A DNA stretch of 64,000 nucleotides from the NCBI RefSeq assembly GCF_006345805.1, contig NW_021831284.1:744001-808000 (forward strand). Reading direction: 5' to 3'. Each line of letters begins with the position of its first letter. Positions within the stretch are counted from its first letter, which is position 1. The notes below the pieces were generated by a model. The model saw nothing but the letters and a program-made list of their open reading frames with translations. It had not been told where the DNA came from and made no database searches. The stretch comes from Octopus sinensis. Its lineage: Eukaryota. The position numbers and the translations under genes were made by a program. Below, in pieces: positions 1 through 12,325 of this stretch.

Positions 1-171
1 TGCCATCATCTATTGTTGTTATTTTTAAAGAAAAGCCTAATAAATTAGAGCATGTTGGTGATTTAGTTGTTACCTGCTCAAAAACATGATTGGCCGAAAT
101 TATCAATTGGACCTGCAGGTTTGCCAGATTTTGCAGAGGAAGTAAAACTCTCATGACGAGTTCAATTGGAC

Positions 172-330
172 CAGCGGTTCTCAATGGTGGGCGATTCGCC
201 CCTTAGGGAACGATTTTTTGGTAGGGGGCGATGGTTGATTGCTAATATTTGAAAAATTAAAATCTCATGTTAGAAGTCGATAATTTTTGAAAATAAAGAT
301 ATTTAATCGAGTCTAATAGTATTTATTATT
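172..330 (+). mobile_element. hAT (Buster/Charlie-like) left-end remnant
   Basis: Starts CAGCGGTTCTCAATGGTGGGCGATTCGCCCC and matches the left end of the hAT at 35835 for about 150 bp; no right end seen. Confidence 0.8.
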
Positions 331-1081
331 TCATCACTCGGAATCCTGGGAGCTTTTCTATTGTGGCAGTACGTCTCGAATTCACTAATTTGAAACGAAT
401 GCCTCATTTGATTGTTCTTCTCGATCGTACTAAATCTGAGTTTTTTTAATATAACTTTTTTAATGTATTTTTTACACTATTTTAAAGTATCATCATTATG
501 AAGAAACACGTGATTAGTATTGAGATATTATTCGGAGTTTTCGTTTGACATGGTGGTACCCTTCAGTCTGCTTCTGAACATGATGGTGTTTAGTAGTCTG
601 ACAATTTTTCCAATTAAACTTATTGTATTATAAACAAATAGAAATCTGCGTCTTAAAATTAAATGATTTATTTTTCCGAGTAATTACACTAATTGCAATA
701 AAATTCCAAATTTGGGTATAAGTTGGGTATATTTTTAATAAAAATATTATAAAAAAATATGGTCAATATCTCTGAAATACTAAGAAAAAATTAATCCAGT
801 CATTCAATACTATTCACGTGTTTTCTAAATTATTAAAATAATCCAATTAAAATTAATTCAAAGCTTTTAATGATTTTGTTGCTCATTGAAACAATATACT
901 CCCATGTTATTACACAACCACAATAATATTTAATTAAAAAAATAAATGCAAGATAATTTCGTCAGTTGCCGGCAAAACTCGCAGGGGAACAACCAGACCA
1001 TATTATATGCCGGCAATTCGAAATCGTGAAAATTTTTTTAAAAAAATCAATAAAAATACTTTTGATAATTACAAATATCTA

Positions 1082-1852
1082 TCACATCGGAGCATAATTC
1101 TCAAAATCGTTTGTAAAGCCGTACATCGCAGGCGGCAGATACCAAAATCCAGACTAGTATATTAAGAAACTCATAAAACCGCGATATAAGAAAAACTCGG
1201 AGTATTATGTCCCCATTTACAGTTCAATTCTGGGTTGTTTTGCATACTAAATATTGCATTGGCCGCCGACATGTGGTTATAAAAACTAACAAAAATCAAT
1301 ATTTACAAACCTTACGAAGCCATATCTTTCTCCTATTACTCTGATTAAAGCAATGCTTCCATATTCGACGAACATGTTGTACAAATCAATTTCCGTAGCC
1401 CCCCTCAAATTGCCTACATACATGCAGACATTCGTGCCAGCGCCTTCTCGAGAAATGTCTTCTATTGTTTTATCTACAAATAAATGTTCAAATAACTGCT
1501 TGGTCGTTTGTTGGTCCCCATTCCTACACGAATTGCCCTTCCCTTTATTTTCACTCCGTTCATTTTGCTTAGACTGGCCACGGCGTCCTAAAGTTAAATT
1601 TGTAGCTTCAAACCTCAGAATTCTGAAACTCGACAAAACCATATCCAGCACTTGCTCCTGTAGACCCTGATCTGATTATCCTTACAGCACTATAAACTCA
1701 ACTTATTTAGACAACCGGATCTTGCCACAAACTTCGAACTCTCTTTTGATGTGCTCAACAGACACATCTTGATTCAGATCGCCGACAAAAACTGTATTTG
1801 GATCGACAGAACTTGGGTCAGACGCGCTATTTGTAACAGAAGCACCGTTCAT
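1082..1852 (-). CDS. TIA1: TIA-1/TIAR-like RRM RNA-binding protein (multi-exon; may extend further 5')
   Basis: After removing ~25-nt introns: RRM 'NTVFVGDLNQDVSVEHIKREF...GASAGYGFVEF...MNGVKIKGRAIRV', then a second RRM 'MYVGNLRGATEIDLYNMFVEYGSIALIRVIGERYGFVRF...AIFSMQNNPELNCKWG'; stop TGA at 1082-1084. Resembles TIA1 RRM2-RRM3. Confidence 0.6.
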
Positions 1853-2253
1853 TCTCCTAGTAACACTATAGATGCGTAACTGTCTATTTTATACGTTTTA
1901 ATACGTCGCGTCACGGTGGTTTATTTGGAATTGAATGCACATCGATTAATACATGTAATAACGTGATTATTGTCTATTCTAATCAGAAATTCTGGTAGAT
2001 AATTTCTCTTTGAAAAATAATGACTTTCAAGGATATTCGATTATTGATGTTTCTAGCGGACTGGGAATATTGTTGTTGAACTTGTCAGGATATTAGAAAC
2101 CGCAAATTTGTGCAATCAATTAATCTTAACTGATTGAGACTTAAAAAGTGTTTTTTTGAGAATTAATTCAATAACTACAATATAGAGTGCTTTTAATTTT
2201 GTTTTACCTAGATCATAAATGTATTTAAAATTAACGTCTTTAGTTACTAATAG

Positions 2254-2790
2254 CTAACTAATCTGTATAATTCTTTTCCTTTTTGGACCGTTGCACTGGA
2301 TCCGCGTATTCTCCTCCTCTAACACTTCATATGACACATGAGACACATCTTCCGGTAAATCTGGTGGATCTGTTGTTTCTCTAGCCAATTTTAGGAGGTG
2401 GTTGGTGGCCCTCGAAACTTGTTCCTCATGTTTTTCAATTTCCACTCCATGTTTGTGTTCAACAAGCATGGTCTCCAATGTCTTTTTAATTGTCAGCGAT
2501 TGTATATACTATCTAGTGGAGGCATCCAACTTGAGTCTTTCCATATAAGACTTATAGAATTTAGAAACTATCCCGTCCCATGTGAGGAGAATGGGGATTA
2601 TCGTTACCTTCGCACCGTGAGATAATTCTCCAGCAAGAAGATCATATTTATGCAGTTTTTCTACTTCCACTTGCTTTAACATGGCGTGAGAAGTAATTCC
2701 GACTTCAATTAGAGTGATTTCGTTTTATCAAGGACAAAGATATCTGGTCTATTGTTTTTTACATGAACATCTGTCTGCAAGGTGGTGGCC
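2254..2790 (-). mobile_element. R4/Dong-like non-LTR retrotransposon 3' fragment (restriction-like endonuclease)
   Basis: Frameshifted translation 'NRPDIFVLDK..ITLIEVGITSHAMLKQVEVEKLHKYDLLAGEL..IIPILLTWDGIVSKFYKSY...YIQSLTIKKTLETM' gives a PD..D/E..K RLE; it ends next to the Tigger at 2822. Confidence 0.75.
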
Positions 2791-2821
2791 ACTCTTATAA
2801 GTGTATTTAATAAAATAAATA

Positions 2822-4155
2822 CAGTATAACCTCCATTTGGGGCATCAATTTTGAAAATTGCCCAAAAATAGAGGTTTCCCCAAAAATGGAGGTCTGAAAT
2901 TTTCTTTATTTTTATAAAAATTTTAATAGTTTTAGCATATTTTTCATTAATTTATAAATAAATAAAGTATTTTTAAGAACATTTAAACATGTTTTCCACT
3001 AATTTTATTGATAATTAGAGTATTTTTCAAGTAGAAAAAAATTTTTATTCTATTATACACGAAAATAATCTGTTATTTTGTTTCCTGTTGCAGATTTCTT
3101 CATATGTATGCCCAATATTTTTCTGAAATTGTAATAGTCTTTTAACGCATCGGGAAACAAACGGTGAATATTCTCTTCAAGGTTATTCATTGCTGTTATC
3201 GTGTCCAAGTGTGAACAGTTGCATTCAGTTTGGTCATATATTGACTCATCATTATTTTCTTCTTCATTTTCAGCAATTACGTCTGCAATTATCGTGTCCA
3301 AATTTTCTTTCTCACTGTTAACTAAAAAATTTGAACTAGGAATCTGTTGCCGACAGTTATTAATTGTTTCCCAACAATTCGTTATTGTTTCAGGATTTAA
3401 ATTTTGCCATGTTTTTCCAACAATTATTATGACATGACGAAGATTTCAAGCGAAGAAACATCGGAAGAGTTTTTCTCTCCACTAATTGTCTTAAATGACA
3501 ACATATGTCTTTTCTTAAATTTTTCCAACCAGCCATTGGACCCTTTGAACGCCGAATAATTCAACATCCTTGCTACTTTGGAAGCAATATTTTTTAAAAG
3601 AGGACCGGACACAGGAATAAATTCTTCCCTTGTCTTGGTGAAAGCCTCAAAAACAATTTTATTATCCAATTTTTGGGATAAAGTATGAGGAGAGCGTTGA
3701 ATATTTCTGGGAAAATCTGTTTGAACAGCCCCAGTATTAAAAAAATTGAGATAATTTTTTTTAATACGTGACACCGCGCCTAAAAACTTACATTAATAAA
3801 AAACCTTTACTAATTTTGTACTTATCTACAATATCTCGTTCAGTAAGATGTTTATTTTCACTTAATTCCTTGGCAATTTTGATCTTTAACTCAAGACTAA
3901 GCTTACGAGCCATAACAACAAGAATACAAAAATTACACGAGGCTTCCAAATGAAATTTTATATAATTAATTTTAATTTTAATAGCAATATGTATATAAAT
4001 TAAAATCCTGTGCCCCACTTAGAGGTTCCGGTAATTTCTAAATTTGGAATTACCGCATAAAAATTATATCCTTTTCAAACTACCCCAAAATAGAGGTTTC
4101 CCCAAAAATAGAGGTTCCCCAAGCCAGAGGTCTGCCCCAAATGGAGGTTATACTG
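2822..4155 (-). mobile_element. Tigger/pogo DNA transposon, internally deleted
   Basis: TIR CAGTATAACCTCCATTTGGGGCA at both ends, TA duplications at 2820-21 and 4156-57; HTH 'RKLSLELKIKIAKEL' and CENP-B HTH 'PVSGPLLK...FKGSNGWLEKFKKRH'; DDE core missing. Confidence 0.93.
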
Positions 4156-4514
4156 TATAAACTAATCCATTTAACAAATATTTTTTGAAAATTAAAGGTT
4201 ATAAATAATATTAATATCGTATTCGCCTGCAAATCCATCACCAATCATAGAATTATTATTCACTACACTGGATATAGTGCACAAATGCATGAACATACAA
4301 CAAATTAGCAGAAAAAACATCCAGAAAAATTATGTACTAAACAAAATAATGATCGCGAGAAATGCTACGTAGAAGAGTCTACGTTGGTGAAATTAATTTT
4401 TAAATAAAAAACATATAAAATAAGCAAATAATTTTGAATATATGAATTATTCAAATCAATGAAATTTAATATTTAAACTAAATTGACATTTTTTTAATTA
4501 ATTTGTCAAAAATT

Positions 4515-5330
4515 CCGACTTAAACATGGAGGGATTATTGTCTTATTTCGAATAGCTTGAAAATCCAAAGACTAATATTTAATAAATAATGAATCACTTG
4601 AAAGAACGGATGAATTATAATTTCTTTGACTCCTCCCTTTGAATTTCCAAGACGGTCTGTTGGATTTTTTTTCAGAAGCTACAATAAAACATTTCTTATT
4701 TACAATATATAGAATATTATGAGTTATAAAATCTACATAATATGGAAAATCAATTTCTAAATGAATTATTTTTTCACCCACATTTAGGCCACAGAATGGG
4801 TACTATGTGAGTAGAATGCAAAATAATTAACTTTTCTGAATGACATCAAGTACAGACAGACGTTGAACGTCCAAAAATCAACAGATCTTGTGTATGGTAT
4901 GCATTTTATGATTTCGGGAGCCATGTAGCACCGGGTACCTTAATATTTATATATTCTTGAATCCCATTCCATTTTAGGTTTTAAAATACCAAAGTCAGCT
5001 AGTTTAGGATACCCTTCTGACCCCAGTAAAATGTTTTCAAGTTTTAAATCACTGCTGAATTATAAAAACGATTGTGCCTGTGAACTATGTTGTTTTCGTG
5101 AAGAAACGTAAGTCCCAGTAGAATGCACGCACCGTAAAATCTGCATAGCTTATCAGAGATTTGATTCTTCAAAACCAACGATTGTAAGTCTCCTCTTTCA
5201 ACTTACTCCATTACTATATGTGTATAATCCTACAAGTCTTATAAAATGGGATACAGGAAGATGGTAAACAAAAGTTCCATTTCCAAGGTCTTTAATTTTT
5301 GTAAAGTCACAAATGGTATTTCTAAGAAAA
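4515..5330 (-). pseudogene. AGC-group Ser/Thr kinase pseudogene (PKC/PKA-like)
   Basis: Spliced reading: 'KDLGNGTF' joined directly to 'VYHLPDYTHIVME*VERGDL...[50 protein letters not shown]...LLKKNPTDRLG..HPFFQSLDF'. The beta3 Lys and alphaC are missing and there is an in-frame TAA. Confidence 0.8.
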
Positions 5331-6728
5331 TAATATTTCAATTATTTACGCTTCCTGAGTATTTTTTGCAGAATAAAATTTTAATTTTAATGAAACTGGG
5401 CTTCTCTTTATAAAAACGTATGGAAAAATCATATTTTTCCTCCACCTGCCAAAGTAAATTTTGTAATAAATGGTAAATTATTAACCAATAAAAATAAAAT
5501 AATTGGGGACAACCATTCCACAATTTTTACTTTTAGTCAAAGCTTTGCAGAACCTAAACCCAAATAAACAAAACAAAATTTGAAATTGTGAAATAAATTC
5601 AATTTTTCTGAATAAACTGTTTCTTAATAAAGAACAAAATAATTAATATAAACTGTCGCATCCATAACTGGGAATATCGTCAAAACTCTGATAAATAAAC
5701 TAACATGATGTTCATTAATAATCAGAGTGAAAAATTATTTAATAATCTTGAAGAAATTCCCCCTTAAAAATTTTAGAAACCTATCAAATCTTTCAAGAGA
5801 ACGATTTGAATCATCACAATGATAGCTATAGTCAAGCAAGCACGGTAATGAAGCACTGGCAAATAGTACCAATGAATAAATACTGCTCATCTAATGAATA
5901 ACTCAAAATACAGTACCCGACAAAAAATTGTATTTTTTTTAATTTGTTAAAAGAAATTGTTTAAAAAAATCTAGTTATTATGTACTGGCTCGCAGGATTG
6001 AGAGACAATTCCCGCAAAAAACAGCCAGCGAGATCCTCTGAATAAGAAATATAAATTCCCTGGGATTTGTATTAAATCGACTTTTTTTCTTTAAAAATTA
6101 TAAATTAATATTTAAAAAATCCGCCCAAAAAATTTATTAGAAATATTTGGAGTCACTAGAAAATCTAGTTATGTCAATGAAATTTATTTTTAAGTCCTAA
6201 TTTCTAAGAAAACTTGAAGTTACGAGAAAATGAATAAAATATATTTAATTTCCGAAATAGTCATAATTTCTCTGATATCAATTATATTCATGAATAAAAT
6301 TTAGTTATTCGGAATCTTAAAAAATTAGATTAAACAACAAAAAGCTATCATTAAACGACAATCATCAAATATCAGCCCGCCCGTCGTTAATAATAATCAT
6401 ATAGCATCCAAAGACTAATCAAATCAATTACTATACTATACTATTTACTACCAATGAGATAACACCACTAAAACAAATAGACAACAAACTAACGTGTGAA
6501 AATGTTTTTTAATTTTAGATTATTTAAAATTAACAAATAATTAATTATAGTTTAAATATCTAAAATCTATTATAATTTGTGAAACTATTTATTTATGAGT
6601 GTTTTGCAAGTCGAACAAAATTGATCCAATTACACGAAATTCACAGATTGGAAATTTTAAACAAAATGTACTTTTTATCATATTCAATCTTCATGTGATA
6701 TTTGAATAATAAATAGTTTCTTAGCAAC

Positions 6729-8943
6729 ATGTCGTCTTATAGAACTGAAAGCATAATAAGAGATATAATAAAAGAAATATGCCAAAATTGTAGTGCAAAG
6801 TTAGTGACTGTGAGCGAAGCATTGGCTGCTTTCATGGTGATTTACTCATACATAAACAAACAGGTGAAATCAACAGTGCTCAACCCTGATAACAAATTAA
6901 ATCAAGTCCTATCCTCCACAGACATTGAGAATATAATAAATGTCTAAATATTCTATTACACCTAGATATGTGTAGAAAGATTGAGCGAGGATAAATCCGT
7001 ATCTCTCGATACAATAAAAATGCAAGTTTATTTCGACTTGAATTACAGTGAGAAAGGTTATTAGTCACTAAAACCTTGTAGATGAACTTATTCGCGAACA
7101 TCGTGCTTTGCTTGGAACAAGAATTCTTCCTCTCTACCAGGAAATAGCAGACAGTCGAGCAAGAACGAAAGATGAACTTAACCAACTTTATATGAAGATT
7201 GTATCCGCTACCGTGATCGGGTCAAGTCTTGGTGGAACTACGGAAATTCAGGTTTTGAGAGAAGCAACAGGTTTGGGTAATTATTTAACAAAATAGCTGC
7301 ACTTCAAAGCGTCTTTTCTGAATCTGAACTCCGAAATTTCACAAAAATGAAAAAGTCTGAAAAAATGAAACATCTTGACGAACTGACGTGTATTGTGGCC
7401 GGAATTAGAATATTTAATAAAGACTGTGGAAAAGGGGGGAAAACAATAAACAACGGTTTTTAATATTTATCAAATAATATAGTTCCTGCAATGTATTTCG
7501 GAGTTGTGGGTTCTCTGATGACTAGTATTGAGACTAGTATTAAGGAAACTGTTGATACATGTGATTATCTGACATGTGTAGAATTGGAAATAATATTTTT
7601 AGCAATTCTTGAGAGCCTGTATCATCGAGGAGAGGATAACACTTTGACAAGAGTACTTTCTGAGTTGGTAGTGAATTGCCGACAATATGAAATATATTTA
7701 AGTTTAATATTAGTAAATTTAATGTTCTAATTGAAAGAATGATGTGAGCAATTCAGCTAAATATATGACAGAATTGTATGAACAGCTCAAAAACACAGTT
7801 CAAGTATTGAGAAATGTGATTCAAGACAAAACTGCTGTCCCCACAGGACAAGTCTATGTATAGTTAGTTTGCTTATTCAAGCCACAATTCTTCTCCTTAT
7901 ATAACTACTGGAAAACTTTTCAGGAAGAATTAGTAGTCTTTGATTTGCATAAAACTATTTGGACACAATTGAACGAATTATTCAAGTTATTTTGACAAAA
8001 TTTAAATTTATAAGAATCGAAAGTCTTGGTCAGTCAACGAAGAGATACAAAATCTTGGAAAAGAAATAACTGTCCTCACAAATAAAGAACGAATTAAGGA
8101 ATAAATATTAATTAACGACAATAGACACCCCAAAACCATGAATTACTAACGCAACCTCAATATGACTGTTCTTTTAGAGTGGTGGACCCTCAAGAACATA
8201 ATTTTGAAAAACTGTCAGTCTATTTACAAGTAAATGTTACTAATTTGATGATTAGGGATTTTGTATAAATAATTTTGTGAAATATAATGGATTATTAATC
8301 CCTGCCAATACTGGTTTGGGGCTAATAGAATACAAAAATTTATTTTTTGGCTTTGCAAGCAAGCAGGATGCGGCAGAATTTTGTAAAAATATCAAATCGT
8401 ATAATTAAGGTCTAATTATTTAGAAATTTGATTAAAATCGGAAAATTTGCTGCGAAAAACCCAGAGTTTATTCACTTGCTTGACCTCCATTCATCCACCG
8501 AAGCCACCAACGCCAATTTAAATTCAACTGCGAATTTCCTCCAACCGACACTGAAAAAAGAATTCGGAATGCAGACTGATCTCCACCCCTATGAGAGTAA
8601 CATCGACCCAGACTATCAATGGAATGAATGGGAGTTGAGAAGACAAGCCATTAAATTGGTAATATTTTTGAAATTAATTAAATCAGGCTAATTTGAGAAC
8701 AAAGTTAACATGTTCAACTCAAACTGCTAAAAGTAATTTGAGAAGAGAAAATATAACCCAAACTTATCCACCAAAGTAATATGATAGCAATTATGTATTC
8801 CAAGGGAATTCGGAGTCCAAACAAAGGGAGATGGACAATCTAGTGTTCCCAAGCCGCAAACATTCTTGTCTGGACTTAGAGGGTGCAAGGACGTTAAAAA
8901 CGCGTTTTCTAAAATCGATTTGACACAAGAAATTGAAGAATAG
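6729..8943 (+). CDS. CFAP206: Cilia- and flagella-associated protein 206 (multi-exon)
   Basis: 'VTVSEALAAFMVKSTVLNP', 'KMQVYFDLNY', 'LYMKIVSATVIGS', 'QTDLHPYESNIDPDYQWNEWELRRQAIKLANL', 'VPKPQTFLSGLRG'; GT-AG introns e.g. 6837-6863, 6942-6965, 7057-7081, 7271-7296; stop TAG 8941-8943. Confidence 0.93.
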
Positions 8944-9068
8944 GATTAATTTTTGAGTAAACTAACCAATAAATAATAATTGTCGCGTCAATGATAAATT
9001 CAACTATTATTTTGAGTTCCATCATTCTTTCAGGTAAAAGAAACAATTTAACTTCCGGATTGCTTAAT

Positions 9069-10932
9069 TTTTTTTTTTTAAATTTTTCTTTTTTTCACAG
9101 AAACAAAACAATTGTCAGTTAACTAAATTAACCCAGCCGAACGGATTGCTTGCGCGTTCCCGCGCACGATTGCGAGCGAGATCCTCTGCCTCAACCAAGA
9201 GGACTCGCGAGCATCCATCTTCTTCCGAGCGATGAGGATACCGAGGTCTTTAACGAAGCATGAGGTCAGCGGACCGGAAGCGCCTGATGTCTCAAAAGCC
9301 ACAGGCACGAAGGAATGCCGAGTGGCAAGATTCTTGTACTTTTCTACATTGCGGGCTTCCGCCACGGCCGCGACCGAGCCGGAAGAAGAAGCAGATGACA
9401 GTAGAGCGGATGGGGACCACGTGTCTGCGCACGTGGCGTCCCAGATCAGGTAATTGCCATTTCGGAATGGGAAGGTAGTCATCCCGTCTGGGCGTTTGCC
9501 GTCCCCCCTGTCCAATCCAACTGGTTCAAGCACGTTGGGGAAGCCAGCAGCGTTGAGAGCTCTTGAGATAACGTCGTTGATTGCTCCATGGCGAGGCGAG
9601 CGGCCTGCGCTCCGGCGGCAGGAGAGGGGGTGAAGGCCTTTCACGTCCACCGTACCTCCGCATCGACAGGGATGAGAGGCGCAGACATCGAGCCCCAGCC
9701 GAAGAGCGACCCCGATGCGCAGTGTTTCGTTGTCCAATAGCGAACCCGTCGATAACGTTGGGTAAGCGTCGAGCCAGGATCCACTATGCTCGTGTGCTGC
9801 AGCAAACAAGCACCCTTGGCGGTGTTGGTCCAAAACCGGTTGGAGCGTAGAGAACGAGTGTGCTGCCCAGATCTCGTCCCAATCCCTCTGTCTGGACATC
9901 TCAGAAGGGATATGAAGTCCAGAGTTGGTCCAGAATTCCAGGAGGTCGACAGTTGACAACTCCAGGGAGAGTTCGTTGAAGTGGAGTAGAACCTCTCGGA
10001 CAGGTTGACGGCTTACAAGTTGACGGCTTCTGGAAATTGAAGAGAAATGTGCATGTGGCGCCAGATCTTTAGGCGAGCGAAGACCGATCAAGTTTAACAG
10101 CCACGTGAGGATGGAGTAGGGCATCCTTTGAGAGAAAGAGAGTTCGGGCCCCGTGTACGGCAGCTTCACAGTCGTTTGGGATCCCCGACTCCCAGTTGAA
10201 GTGGAGCTAGTTCGGTGCTGAGGCGTAGACTGACGTGTCGTGCGGCAGCTTTAGCGGCAAGCCGGCGGAACAAGTTGCCAACAGCGATCGGACGAATACC
10301 TCCGTCCTTTTTTCTGAATGCCAGTAGATGAGACGAGTAGCTTCGTAGCAAAATTCGGGATGTTCCCACTCAGCAACCGGTTTATAAGTGTGGTGATGGC
10401 AGTGAGTAGAGTTTGGCCTGCCTCGGCTGTCGTTTGGGAAATGAGGTCTTTTAGGTGCCCTGGGCGTAGTCCGTCCAGGCCCCCACAGCTGCTTTTCCCG
10501 AAAGATTGAATTGAGCGTTTGACTTCCTCGTTTGTTAGAGTTAGGACTGGAGTGTCTCTTGGGCGTTCGAAGGGTCGGAGGTCGACGGGAGGGTCTGGAT
10601 GTTTGGTTTTCAGTTTGTCGAGAACGTCGGGAGTTGGAAGTAAGACCGTGTCGTCGTTCATGACAGTGCGGATAGCAGCTCGGATGTCGCCTTCGACCAG
10701 CTTGCTACTGACACGTTCACTCAAGTTCCGCCCGGAGTTGTAGTCCGGGTTAGGGTGCTTGTTGTCATTCTTCGTGGGTTGTGTGAAGGACAAGTTTGCG
10801 GGAGAAGTCTTTGGTAGAGAGAAGATTTTGCTGATGTTCTGTTTGATTCGTGAGGAGAGAGGTTGTGGATTTTTTTCAGTGCGAATCTGAGTCCCGAGGG
10901 TCAGAGGGGCAAAGCTGATGAAGCGGGTCCAA
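9069..10932 (-). mobile_element. CRE-clade RLE retrotransposon (family A), 5'-truncated, RT core deleted
   Basis: 'GGLDGLRPGHLKDL', 'RPIAVGNLFRRLAAK', zinc knuckle 'CRCGGTVDVKGLHPLSC', 'KRPDG..LIWDATCADT', 'RQRISLAIVRGNA'; A-rich tail; candidate TSD CTTAAT at 9063-9068 and 10933-10938; sequence jumps from VKLD to GLRSP, deleting YLDD. Confidence 0.88.
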
Positions 10933-11031
10933 CTTAATAGACAATCAATCAAATAAAATTTGAATCAAGCATCTGGAAATAAGCAGACAATTGATTAATT
11001 CTACTTGCTATTAATTATTGTTAATAAATAT

Positions 11032-11090
11032 TTAATTAGCAGTAGAGGATAAGATTGAATGCCAATTCCCACGCAAAATTCTATGGAAAA
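11032..11090 (-). mobile_element. CRE 3'-end micro-remnant
   Basis: Translates 'ILRGNWHSILSSTAN*', similar to 'ILRGNYHSILYSAAN*' at 12326. Confidence 0.7.
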
Positions 11091-11221
11091 TTAAGTTCTA
11101 CTCCTCCTTTCCTTTAATTTTAAAAAATGTCTTTAATATCTTAATTGGTAACTTTAAATAGAGAAATAAGAATAAACAAGCCCAATTCAAATAAGAATAA
11201 TCGTGATATTAAAAAAATAAA

Positions 11222-11666
11222 TTAGGATAACCGAGGAAACTCTTCTAAGCTGGATAGGTTGATACTTCCTGTATTTTTCTCGACTCGATTATTGATGAGT
11301 TTTCCATCGGGTCCATATTGAAAAAAGGGAACGAATTTCTTTTCTTTGTCTTCTTGTTTTGGAGCAAATTTCACAGGAGCTTTATTCCAGACGTTTCCCG
11401 AGGGAGTCGGAATTTCCACAGGCTGAGGAACTGGTTTTGTACACTCCAAAATCTCGTCAGTGCTTTAAAGTTATGGGTGGATTAAATTATACTCTTTTGC
11501 TACTGGAATTGGCGGTTCATCTTCAAAATCCTCTTCTTCCACCTGTGAAACGCAAATTAGACAGAAAGGGGAGATTTACCTTATTTTTCTTCTCGGAATT
11601 AGCCATTTTTAAAGCATGTTTTTGCTTTTCTTCATCAATTTTCTTGAATAAGCGCTGTAAACTCAT
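11222..11666 (-). CDS. CDV3: CDV3-like protein (two tiny introns)
   Basis: 'MSLQRLFKKIDEEKQK', acidic stretch 'VEEEDFEDE', 'SGNVWNKAPV', 'INLSSLEEFPRL' parallel the CDV3 motifs SLDNFF.K.DKKK, SGPWNK and EI.S..QFPSL. Recognised by recall only. Confidence 0.5.
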
Positions 11667-12025
11667 TTATCTTTGATTATCAAATCTAACACAGGAAATA
11701 AAAACGAATCGCTAATGATGTATATTATTTATTCATGAAATAATACATAAATAATAAAATATAACTTAATAAAAATAATTTATTATTAAAATGTAGTTTT
11801 GCCTTTTACTTGAACTTTTTGGTCCATACAAAGTAGTCCAGATGGCTGTAGTCTTGGGATATAGTAGTCTATTCGAAGGCACGTGACCAGACAATATCAA
11901 TCTGTAAAAATCGACTGTCGGTATACCTAACTCTTATGTGACGAATTTCTAATTTTTTGTATCGTTCTATACTGAATTTTGACTTTTTATGAAGTTTTAT
12001 TAATAAAAGGACTAGAGAGAAATGG

Positions 12026-12250
12026 TCATTGGCAGATAGCCAGAGTATTGCCTCTGACTATGGCTATGGATATTCTTTCGGTTAAATACTGGTGCTCACA
12101 CTAGTCGCCGGTAACTCTTTCATTAGTGAGCCAATCCGCAGGAGTAGGGTCCGAGTAGAAGTCCCCTGTATTCCTGACGTCTCAACAGCCAGAGGGACAA
12201 ACACTCTGCCATTCCAAATTCCAGCGTATTTCTCACTCTCTTGACTTTTT
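12026..12250 (-). mobile_element. CRE 3' fragment (family D)
   Basis: 'FVPLAVETSGIQG...HQYLTERISIAIVRGNTLAICQ*'; a near-identical copy lies at 62895-63030. Confidence 0.8.
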
Positions 12251-12325
12251 AAACTTTCGATGTTGTTTCATACAATTTTAATAGTTTTGATATTTGTGAT
12301 AATCAAAGAATTTGTTATTTAGTAT

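Noticed and set aside
5180-5195. Reassigned stop codon (TAA as Tyr/Gln)
   Set aside because: CFAP206, TEAD and dynein exons read without internal stops and end in TAG/TGA/TAA; the isolated TAA lies in a decayed gene.
9000-9070. SL-RNA, snRNA or telomere target at CRE insertion sites
   Set aside because: No U1/U2/U6, Sm-site gene or telomeric repeat is recognisable at any CRE flank.
9232-9850. Plus-strand ORFs over CRE elements (also 28031-29915, 37350-37856, 53124-53759)
   Set aside because: Antisense shadows of GC-richer RT/RLE coding sequence with no recognisable domains.
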